A DNA stretch of 32,000 nucleotides from Geotalea uraniireducens Rf4. Lineage in GTDB: Bacteria; Desulfobacterota; Desulfuromonadia; Geobacterales; Geobacteraceae. How positions within the stretch are numbered: the first letter of the stretch is position 1; the number at the start of each line of letters is the position of its first letter. Below are positions 9,194-16,036 of the stretch, piece after piece. The notes beneath the pieces are model-generated. The model searched no databases. It was not told where the DNA came from and saw only the letters and a list, made by a program, of their open reading frames with translations. The position numbers and the translations under genes are program-made. The stretch covers positions 1,050,001-1,082,000 of the forward strand of contig NC_009483.1 of assembly GCF_000016745.1 (NCBI RefSeq). The letters run 5' to 3'.

Positions 9194-9886
9194 CTATCTT
9201 AGAGCAGCCCCGCCGGCCAGTTCCGATTCTATCAGCTTGACCGCTGCCAGAATTTCCGTCGGTGGTCCCTGTCGCTGCAATACCGTCTTGAAACGGGAGT
9301 CACGCAGGGCATAGGCAAGCTTGGACAGCAGATGGAGATGGATCTTTACCGTGGGACTGATGAGTAGGAAAAGGGTATCCACCGGCTTGTCGTCAATGGC
9401 CTTGAAATCAATGGGGTGTTTCAGGAAACAGAGGGTCACCATGGGAGTATCGACATGGAGGAGGATCGGATTTCTTACGTGGGGGATGGCGATGCCGTCG
9501 CCGATGGCGGTAGTTCCGAGGGCTTCGCGGGCAAGCAACACCTGGAGTATGTAATCACGCTCCACCTGAGGGGGGAACTTCAGGAGGGAAACGATGTTTT
9601 TCAGGACCTCTTCCCTGGTTTTTCCCTCGATATTGTAGAAGGTGCCGCCGGCCTTAAGTACCTGGGAGAGGGTCGGCAGAGAACCGTCGGGTGGTTCGGG
9701 TTCGGCAAATATATCCGGTGAAAGCTTGATCCGCTTTTCCGTGGCCCATTCCAGAAGATCGACCCGGTTCATGCGGTACTCTTCGTTGATCTTGCAGGCG
9801 GGAAGGTGGTCTTTCCTTATCCAGCGCAACACGGTTTTTTCCGGAACCTGAAGCAGTCTGGCAGCCTCAGTGACGGTTAAGAGCAT
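9194..9886 (-). CDS. Regulator: excisionase/MerR-type HTH fused to a PTS EIIA(Ntr/fructose-type) domain
   Basis: N-terminus LLTVTEAARLLQVPEKTVLRWIRKDHLP matches the HTH_17 type. The C-terminal EIIA fold carries the phosphorylatable-His context GDGIAIPHVR. The stop is 36 nt upstream of the first membrane-subunit gene, so the gene is probably co-transcribed with it. Confidence 0.8.
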   Translation of the reverse strand: MLLTVTEAARLLQVPEKTVLRWIRKDHLPACKINEEYRMNRVDLLEWATEKRIKLSPDIFAEPEPPDGSLPTLSQVLKAGGTFYNIEGKTREEVLKNIVSLLKFPPQVERDYILQVLLAREALGTTAIGDGIAIPHVRNPILLHVDTPMVTLCFLKHPIDFKAIDDKPVDTLFLLISPTVKIHLHLLSKLAYALRDSRFKTVLQRQGPPTEILAAVKLIESELAGGAALR

Positions 9887-9955
9887 GACAAATCCCTTAT
9901 CTCATATGTTAAGGAGCAATGCGGTCAGGGTAGAATAGTTGACCGATTTTGTAAT

Positions 9956-9984
9956 GATATAACTCCATCCGGGGCAGATGTCAA
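9956..9984 (-). promoter_or_regulatory. Candidate sigma70 promoter for the regulator/Ehr operon
   Basis: On the minus strand: TTGACA (9979-9984), 17-nt spacer, TATATC (9956-9961). TATCAT with a 19-nt spacer is the alternative -10. It lies about 65 nt upstream of the ATG at 9886. This is a pattern match only. Confidence 0.3.
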
Positions 9985-10090
9985 TATTAACTAAGGAGCA
10001 AGGGGAGAGTTGCATAGCGTGAAAGGTCTTAATTGAGATGATGAGGGGGGACTGCTGGAATTCGGGCGTGACAGATTATCCGCTGAACGG

Positions 10091-10125
10091 CAATGCCTGC
10101 CCGCAGTAGCTGGAGGCAGGCATTG
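10091..10125. terminator. Perfect 11-bp-stem hairpin downstream of the ABC operon (possible terminator)
   Basis: CAATGCCTGCC (10091-10101) and GGCAGGCATTG (10115-10125) are separated by a 13-nt loop. There is no clear U-run on the minus strand. A U-rich tail is present on the plus strand. Confidence 0.3.
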
Positions 10126-10256
10126 TGTGCTTCATTATGATTGCTTGAATGTTATTCTGTACTTGGAAAGCGAAGATTTGTTTTCAAAGCTTGCGGTTAC
10201 GCCACTGCTGTCAAGAGATTTTGGAACGGCTGATTCCATTTCTCGGATCGGTGCGA

Positions 10257-10931
10257 TCATGACAGAACACGGCCATCCATGACGCGGATGATGTTCTCCG
10301 CTGTTTTTGCGATCTCGTCATTGTGGGTTACTATCACTATCGTTTTCCCGACGGCATGCAGCGAGCGCAGAATTGCCAGGATTTCCCCCTCCGCTGCCGA
10401 ATCGAGGTTGCCGGTCGGCTCATCCATCAGCAGGATCGCTGGATCGTTGGCCAGCGCCCGGGCAATCGCCACCCGCTGCTGCTGGCCGCCGGAAAGCTGA
10501 GACGGTTTTGCGTCGGCTTTCTCGGCAAGACCTACCAGCGCCAGAAGTTTCAGGGCGCGGCTGGCCTGCTCCTTTTCCGGAATACCCGCCAGCATCATGG
10601 CGATTTCCACGTTTTCCGCTGCCGTGAGGCTTTGGAGCAGGTTGAAGAACTGGAAGACGAAGCCGATTTTCTGCGCCCGGAGCTTCGCCATATTACTGTT
10701 GTCCAGCGTGCTGATTTCGCATCCGTCAAGGAAAACTGAGCCCTCCGAGGGACGGTCCAGCCCGCCGATGAGGTGCATCAGGGTGCTCTTGCCATGACCG
10801 GAGGGGCCGACGATGCAGGTGAACGAGCCCGGCGGGATGCCAAGGGTGACGCCGCGGAGGGCGTGGGTGGTCACTGTACCCGTTGTGTAGGACTTGGCGG
10901 CGTTTTCCGTGCGTATTATCATGTCATTCAT
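10257..10931 (-). CDS. ABC transporter ATP-binding protein (MacB/LolD family)
   Basis: Walker A GPSGHGKST, signature LSGGQQQRVAIARAL, Walker B ILLMDEPTGNLD, H-loop VTHN. It overlaps the upstream permease gene by 8 nt. Confidence 0.92.
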   Translation of the reverse strand: MNDMIIRTENAAKSYTTGTVTTHALRGVTLGIPPGSFTCIVGPSGHGKSTLMHLIGGLDRPSEGSVFLDGCEISTLDNSNMAKLRAQKIGFVFQFFNLLQSLTAAENVEIAMMLAGIPEKEQASRALKLLALVGLAEKADAKPSQLSGGQQQRVAIARALANDPAILLMDEPTGNLDSAAEGEILAILRSLHAVGKTIVIVTHNDEIAKTAENIIRVMDGRVLS

Positions 10932-12087
10932 AGCTGATTGCCTCCACCGGCGACAGCCGTGCCGCCCGCCAGGCGGGATAGAGCCCGGCGAGAATGGCGA
11001 CGGCTGTCGAGAAAGCGATTGAGCCGACGATTATCCCGGGATCGAGCATGCTGCCGGTTCCCGAACCTTTGACGAAGGAGGTGAACGCGTTCTGGCTGAT
11101 GTAGGGTGCGGCCACCACCGAGCAGAACAAGCCCCCCAGCACTCCCGAGACGCCGCCGATGAGGCCGTAGAAGCCCGATTCGAGCATGAAAATGGTGAAG
11201 ATGGTCCCCTGTTTTGCCCCCAGCGCCTGGAGGATGCCGATTTCCCGCTTGCGTTCGTAGGTGGCGGCCATCATCGTGTTGATGATGCTGAACGCCGCTG
11301 CCAGGACCGCCACGGCAGCGATGAGCTGCAGCGTCATATTGACCGTGCCGACGATGGAGAGCACCGACTTGAGCATCTGCTTGTCGGAGATCACCCCGAG
11401 GCTGACCGCCTCCTTGATCTTGAGGATGTAGCTGTCGATGAGCGTCAGGTCGTCCACCTTGATTGCCACGTAGGAGACCCGGTCAACAGCCTTGAAGAGC
11501 CGTTGGGCCACCGGCAATGAGAGGAAGATAGTGATGTCATCCCTGCCGCCGCTTTCCTTAAGGACCCCTTTGACCGGCAGCTGTTCGCCACGGACCGTAA
11601 TAAATGACCCCGGTTGCAGTTTGAACTGCCTTGCTGCAACGGCGCCAACCACGGCGCCCGGCTCGTTCTGGGCGGAGAAATAAGCCCCCTTGTCCATTTC
11701 CCATCCTTTGAAAGCCTTCATCTCGGCCGGCAGGATGCCGTTGACAGCCACCGGCTTGTTGGAGATGGCCGTTTTCTCCGTAAGGAACGGCACGGCGGTC
11801 AGACCCTTGATGGCGCAGATTTTAGCGACCTCGTCCATGGTGATGGTGGTCGGCAGTTGTTCGCCGGTCAGAATGGAAACCTGCTCATAGGCGCAAGATC
11901 CTTTCGGAGTGACGATCAGGTTCGCCCCGAGCGCTGCAGATTCCCGGTGGATCTCGTTTTTCAGGTTTCCCCCCAGGGAAAGGAAAGTAACGAAAGAGGC
12001 TATGCCGATGGTGATGCCGAGGAGCGTGAAGACAAACCGCCCCCGGCGGCGGGTGATGTTTTTTACCACCAGTTTGGCGAGGGTCAT
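10924..12087 (-). CDS. ABC transporter permease, FtsX/MacB-type with a periplasmic domain
   Basis: 387 aa. Layout is one N-terminal TM, a large periplasmic domain, then three C-terminal TMs. The conserved RKREIGILQALGA motif is present. Confidence 0.88.
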   Translation of the reverse strand: MTLAKLVVKNITRRRGRFVFTLLGITIGIASFVTFLSLGGNLKNEIHRESAALGANLIVTPKGSCAYEQVSILTGEQLPTTITMDEVAKICAIKGLTAVPFLTEKTAISNKPVAVNGILPAEMKAFKGWEMDKGAYFSAQNEPGAVVGAVAARQFKLQPGSFITVRGEQLPVKGVLKESGGRDDITIFLSLPVAQRLFKAVDRVSYVAIKVDDLTLIDSYILKIKEAVSLGVISDKQMLKSVLSIVGTVNMTLQLIAAVAVLAAAFSIINTMMAATYERKREIGILQALGAKQGTIFTIFMLESGFYGLIGGVSGVLGGLFCSVVAAPYISQNAFTSFVKGSGTGSMLDPGIIVGSIAFSTAVAILAGLYPAWRAARLSPVEAISYE

Positions 12088-12474
12088 TTACCCTCCGATC
12101 TTGTGGTTGCGCACCACTTTCATTTTTTCTGCCGCAAAAAGGAAGTCGTCACCGACACGGACAAATCTACCGGTCACGTTGACCTCATCGCCCAGCACCG
12201 GGAGTTTCCCCTGGAATTTGACCGGAATGAAAACTTTCTTGCAGTTTGGCGTCGTGCACTGCAGCTCCTTCTTGTCCATGATGCCGAAAATGGTCGGGTC
12301 CTGCTGGGAAACGCCACCCATGATGCCGGTGACCGTGATGATTCCCGTAAAAGCGGCCGGGTCGGAACTGACCTCGTTGACGCTCAGGGACTTGGCCGAG
12401 CCCTGTGTGATGAAGGCAACTGCCAGCGCGATGCCGATTGCAGCCACCGCAATAAGAATGATATTTTTTTTCAT
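12088..12474 (-). CDS. Membrane-anchored periplasmic protein of unknown function (CcmE-like OB-fold topology, weak)
   Basis: 128 aa with an N-terminal TM/signal (MKKNIILIAVAAIGIALAVAF). The stop abuts the permease start, so the gene is translationally coupled as the first gene of the ABC operon. Confidence 0.65.
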   Translation of the reverse strand: MKKNIILIAVAAIGIALAVAFITQGSAKSLSVNEVSSDPAAFTGIITVTGIMGGVSQQDPTIFGIMDKKELQCTTPNCKKVFIPVKFQGKLPVLGDEVNVTGRFVRVGDDFLFAAEKMKVVRNHKIGG

Positions 12475-12596
12475 TGATTACTCCTTGAGTTTTGCAAGAC
12501 CAGCCTGCAGACGAAGGCACAGGGCTGCCGCCCGCCAAAGACGGACGGGTAGCAGGCCTTGCAGTTACGAATATAGTGATTTGCTGTGGAATGGAT

Positions 12597-12765
12597 CTAG
12601 GAGCCTGTCGGACTTAGGAATGAATCTACTGCGAGAATGGCAAATCGGTCAATATTTTCGGAAATTTTCGACGAATAGGTCCACTATTAGCTCTCAAATT
12701 TCCGAAAATCTGCCCTCGATTTTCCATCCTCTCGCTACGATCCCCTAAGTCCGACAGACTCCTAG
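12597..12765. mobile_element. Foldback MITE, copy A (169 bp)
   Basis: Terminal inverted repeats are CTAGGAGCCTGTCGGACTTAGG (12597-12618) and CCTAAGTCCGACAGACTCCTAG (12744-12765), with 1 mismatch. The left half is largely the reverse complement of the right half. A second copy lies at 15841-16007. Confidence 0.8.
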
Positions 12766-13091
12766 GCGTTTTCGGGAGGGTAATCGATGGTACTGACGTA
12801 TTCCGAGAGATTCAGGCTTTGCTGATATCTGTAGAGGGAAACCTCTACCAGTGAAGTACGGAGAGCCGTCGGGAAATTGGCGGGGATAAGGTTTATGCAG
12901 GAAAAGCAGGGACAGTCCGGAACGGAACAGGGTACAGGGCCGGTTTGGTTGTCATCCCGGTCCTCGTCACAGCAGGTTGCCGGGCTCTCAACGTGCACCA
13001 TTGCAGCAGCCACCGACGTCAAGCCACTCAAGGTGAACAGGGCGAAGATAAGAAGAATGACGGAGCTTATCTGGAATGGTACTGTTTTCAC
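12762..13091 (-). CDS. Small secreted Cys-rich protein, unknown function
   Basis: 109 aa with a GTG start and weak SD. A signal-like N-terminus is followed by ATCCDEDRDD...PCSVPDCPCFSC. The last codon and the TAG stop lie inside the MITE terminus. Confidence 0.45.
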   Translation of the reverse strand: MKTVPFQISSVILLIFALFTLSGLTSVAAAMVHVESPATCCDEDRDDNQTGPVPCSVPDCPCFSCINLIPANFPTALRTSLVEVSLYRYQQSLNLSEYVSTIDYPPENA

Positions 13092-13188
13092 AAAACTACT
13101 CTAGGTAATTTAAGATGTGAATGTCAAGCTGAAATCAAACCCGGAGCGTATGCAACGCACGGGCAAAATAAAACCTGCAAATAAAACC

Positions 13189-13217
13189 TTGACATAAGAC
13201 GCGGCAATCAATATTAT
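13189..13217 (+). promoter_or_regulatory. Sigma70 promoter of the riboswitch-led operon
   Basis: TTGACA (13189-13194), exactly 17 nt of spacer, TATTAT (13212-13217). It is placed about 7-10 nt before the first riboswitch helix. Confidence 0.65.
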
Positions 13218-13223
13218 TGCCTA

Positions 13224-13334
13224 AAGTAAAGGGGAGTAGCTAACGGCCGGAGAAAAGGCCGACCCATAGCCCGTCAATACGGTGGAAACACCCGGGCCTG
13301 GGGCATTTATAAACTGCAAGCAAGACCTTTACCT
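13224..13334 (+). promoter_or_regulatory. yybP-ykoY (Mn2+-sensing) riboswitch aptamer
   Basis: Contains the conserved blocks AAAGGGGAGUAGC, CGUCAAUACGGUGGAAACACCCGGGC and GCAAGACCUUUAC. The order and spacing match the Lactococcus/Bacillus yybP-ykoY elements as I recall them. A TerC-family gene, the classic associated family, lies downstream. Confidence 0.85.
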
Positions 13335-13373
13335 GACGCGATCAATACGCCGAGGGTAAAGGTCTTTTTTTTT
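13322..13373 (+). terminator. Intrinsic terminator forming the riboswitch expression platform
   Basis: AAGACCTTTACC (13322-13333) pairs with GGTAAAGGTCTT (13355-13366) and is followed by 9 consecutive T (13365-13373). The 5' arm is the same CCTTTAC that closes aptamer helix P1 with GTAAAGG (13226-13232). The two structures are therefore mutually exclusive. Confidence 0.8.
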
Positions 13374-13405
13374 ACCCCGGCGAAATTTCAAGCCGGAGGT
13401 GAAAA

Positions 13406-13630
13406 ATGTCTTACAAGAGAAAACAGTGCTTAAGAGAACCGCGCAAACCCCAAAAAAACAGAATCGAAAAAAATCCGCTGGATAACGTAATTTCCCTGAG
13501 GATTAGCGATCAGGAAAAGAAGACGCTGGAAAAATTGACCAAGGCTACTTCCAAAAGCGTCTCCGACATCATGCGCGAGGCCATGGAGCTCTGGAAATCA
13601 AAGAGGCGCAGACTTTGCCTTGAGGTGTAA
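13406..13630 (+). CDS. Ribbon-helix-helix (CopG-like) small DNA-binding protein
   Basis: 74 aa with a strong SD (GGAGGTG 6 nt upstream). The segment NVISLRISDQEKKTLEKLTKATSKSVSDIMREAMELW has the RHH beta-alpha-alpha pattern. Confidence 0.7.
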   Translation: MSYKRKQCLREPRKPQKNRIEKNPLDNVISLRISDQEKKTLEKLTKATSKSVSDIMREAMELWKSKRRRLCLEV

Positions 13631-13663
13631 CATACAAAAATATCTTGTTTAAGGAGTATTCAT

Positions 13664-14437
13664 ATGGAATGGCTCGCAGATCCACAGATCTGGCTGGCAT
13701 TGGTCACGCTCACTGCCCTGGAAATCGTGCTCGGCATCGACAACATCATATTCATCTCCATCCAGGCGGGCAAACTCCCCGTCCATCAGCAGGAGAAGGC
13801 CAGAATAGTCGGCCTCGGCCTGGCGATGTTCATCCGCATCGCGCTTCTCTTTTCGCTCACCTGGCTCATGGGGCTCACTACGCCGATCTTTTCCGTGTTG
13901 AACAATGAAATCTCCGGGCGCGACATCATCCTCATCTCCGGCGGGCTGTTCCTGCTCTGGAAAAGCACCATGGAGATCCATGAGAAACTCGAAGGAGAGG
14001 AAGGACACTCGGTCTCCCGTGCCGGAGCAACTTTTGCCGCTGTCATCGTCCAGATCCTCCTGCTGGACATCGTCTTCTCCCTCGATTCAATCATCACCGC
14101 CTTGGGGATGGCCAACCGTCTTGCTGTCATGGTTGCAGCGGTAGTCATGGCCGTCGGCTTCATGATGCTTTTTTCCGGGAAGATCAGCGCCTTTGTCGAC
14201 CGGCACCCGACCGTGAAGATGCTCGCCTTGAGCTTCCTTCTCCTGATCGGCGTGGCGCTGATCGGCGACGGCTTTGACATGCATATTCCCAAGGGGTACA
14301 TCTACTTTGCCATGGCGTTTTCGGTGATGGTAGAGATGCTAAACCTGCGGCTTCGCCGTCAGGGCGCACCAGTCAAGCTTCATAACCCCTATGTCGAAGA
14401 GCCCGCAACTACGACCGGGGCGCAGGACAACATCTGA
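13664..14437 (+). CDS. TerC-family integral membrane protein
   Basis: 257 aa, with SD AAGGAG upstream. Family signature WLALVTLTALEIVLGIDNIIFISI, and a second repeat LLLDIVFSLDSIITALG. Confidence 0.9.
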   Translation: MEWLADPQIWLALVTLTALEIVLGIDNIIFISIQAGKLPVHQQEKARIVGLGLAMFIRIALLFSLTWLMGLTTPIFSVLNNEISGRDIILISGGLFLLWKSTMEIHEKLEGEEGHSVSRAGATFAAVIVQILLLDIVFSLDSIITALGMANRLAVMVAAVVMAVGFMMLFSGKISAFVDRHPTVKMLALSFLLLIGVALIGDGFDMHIPKGYIYFAMAFSVMVEMLNLRLRRQGAPVKLHNPYVEEPATTTGAQDNI

Positions 14438-14454
14438 GAAAGGAGAAGAATAGT

Positions 14455-14769
14455 ATGAAATGTCCCGTATGTACCAACGTAGATTTGCTGATTGCGGAAC
14501 GCCAGGGTGTGGAGATCGACTACTGCCCCCAGTGTCGAGGGGTATGGCTTGACCGTGGGGAGTTGGACAAGGTTATCGAGCGCTCCTCCGTAGCGCCGAT
14601 ACAGCATCCATTGGCTGGTATGGCCTCCCAGCACAGCGAACCGCAATATCCTTCGTCGCAGGTGAAGCACGGTCATGACGACCATCATGGCCATAAGCAG
14701 CATGGATACGGGTATGGACACCAGAAGAAGAAAAAGTCGTTTCTGGCCGAGATGTTCGATTTCGACTGA
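14455..14769 (+). CDS. TFIIB-type zinc-ribbon protein with a His-rich C-terminal tail
   Basis: MKCPVCTNV...YCPQCRGVWLDRGELDKV matches the zf-TFIIB pattern. The tail is HGHDDHHGHKQHGYGYGH. SD AGGAGA is upstream. Confidence 0.75.
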   Translation: MKCPVCTNVDLLIAERQGVEIDYCPQCRGVWLDRGELDKVIERSSVAPIQHPLAGMASQHSEPQYPSSQVKHGHDDHHGHKQHGYGYGHQKKKKSFLAEMFDFD

Positions 14770-14793
14770 GTAATTAACCAAGGAGCTAATAAA

Positions 14794-15738
14794 ATGAAAA
14801 AACACGTTGTTAAGGTATTTGCAGTGGTGGCAGCCGTCATGTTTCTCAGCATCACCGTGCTGGAACTGAATGCCCACGCCAGGGCCGGTGGGAGCCGCTC
14901 TTTCGGCAGTCGGGGGGCGCGCAGCTATTCAAGGCCGGCCAGTAACTATTCCCAGCCGAGCCAGTCACGGCAGCAGGCTGCGCCTGCCCCGAGCCCCTTC
15001 CAGCAGCAGGGCGGCGGTTTCATGAGAAGCATGGCCGGTGGCCTAGTGGGTGGGATGCTGGGCGGCATGCTGTTCCGGAGCCTCGGTATGGCAGGAGCCG
15101 GCGGCATGGGGGGGGGCGGCATCGGCCTCTTTGAGATCCTCCTCCTGGCCGGGATCGGCTATCTCATCTACCGGTTTGTAAAAAAAAAGCGCGAAGCTAA
15201 CGCCGCCTATTCCAGCTATGGGGGAGCGTACCAGGGCGGAACGGTGACCCCTGTTTCCGGTGGATACCTGGGCAATGACCCGCAGCCGGACGATGTGGCT
15301 GCGGGCCTGGCCCATGTCCGCCAGATGGACGCTTCCTTTGACGAAAACCGCTTCAACGATCTGGTCATGGATAACTTCTTCAAGATCCAGGGGGCCTGGA
15401 TGAATCGGGATCTGACGCCGGTAACCGGGCTTCTAACCGATGAGATGAAGCGGATATTTCAGGAAGACCTGGACCGGCTGCTGCGGGATAAGCAGGTCAA
15501 CAGGCTGGAGAATATCGCTGTCAGGAACGTGGAGATAGCCGAGGTATGGCAGGAGTCGGGGCAGGATTTTATCACCGCCTTGATTTACGCGAACCTGCTC
15601 GATTACACAACCGATGACGCTACGGGCGTGGTTGTGAGCGGCAGCAAAACGGAGCCGGTGAAATTCGAGGAGTATTGGACGCTTACCCGGCCCGTCGGCA
15701 ACAATCCGTGGCGGCTGTCGGCGATCAACCAGAAATAG
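14794..15738 (+). CDS. Tim44-like domain membrane protein
   Basis: 314 aa. Signal/TM, then a Gly-rich segment, a second TM (IGLFEILLLAGIGYLIYRF), then a C-terminal Tim44-like domain (FDENRFNDLVMDNFFKIQGAW...WTLTRP). SD AAGGAG is upstream. Confidence 0.8.
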   Translation: MKKHVVKVFAVVAAVMFLSITVLELNAHARAGGSRSFGSRGARSYSRPASNYSQPSQSRQQAAPAPSPFQQQGGGFMRSMAGGLVGGMLGGMLFRSLGMAGAGGMGGGGIGLFEILLLAGIGYLIYRFVKKKREANAAYSSYGGAYQGGTVTPVSGGYLGNDPQPDDVAAGLAHVRQMDASFDENRFNDLVMDNFFKIQGAWMNRDLTPVTGLLTDEMKRIFQEDLDRLLRDKQVNRLENIAVRNVEIAEVWQESGQDFITALIYANLLDYTTDDATGVVVSGSKTEPVKFEEYWTLTRPVGNNPWRLSAINQK

Positions 15739-15756
15739 CGGCTGATATGGTTGGAA

Positions 15757-15785
15757 GGGGCGCCCCTGTGTGGGCGCCCTTTTTG
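15757..15785 (+). terminator. Intrinsic terminator ending the riboswitch-led operon
   Basis: GGGGCGCCC (15757-15765) pairs with GGGCGCCCT (15772-15780) across a 6-nt loop, followed by TTTTT. It sits 19 nt after the Tim44-like stop. Confidence 0.8.
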
Positions 15786-15840
15786 TTATACGCCGCTGCG
15801 GAAACAAAACGATGACAACCGTGGTAGAATTGATTGCGGA

Positions 15841-16007
15841 AGGAGCCTGTCGGACTTAGGGAATCGTAACGAGAGAATGGCAAATCGAGGACAGATTTTC
15901 GGAAATTTGAGAGCAAATAGTGGACCTATTTGTTGAAAATTTACGGAAATATGGACCGATTTTCCGTTCTCGCAGTAGATTCATTCCTAAGTCCGACAGG
16001 CTCCTAG
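15841..16007. mobile_element. Foldback MITE, copy B (inverted relative to copy A)
   Basis: AGGAGCCTGTCGGACTTAGG (15841-15860) ... CCTAAGTCCGACAGGCTCCTAG (15986-16007). By hand alignment its reverse complement differs from copy A at about 15 positions out of 169. It ends 29 nt before the UPF0182 start codon. Confidence 0.8.
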
Positions 16008-16036
16008 GTTTATGCTGAGAAAAAAAGGGGTACCTA

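Noticed and set aside
13092-13188. Sigma54-type promoter TTGCCC-N5-TTGCAT on the minus strand upstream of the Cys-rich ORF, and a TGGCAA..ATGGC element at 22584-22600
   Set aside because: The invariant GG of the -24 box, or the GC of the -12 box, is missing or mis-spaced. I could not find a convincing sigma54 promoter anywhere in the window despite the presence of an NtrC-type activator.
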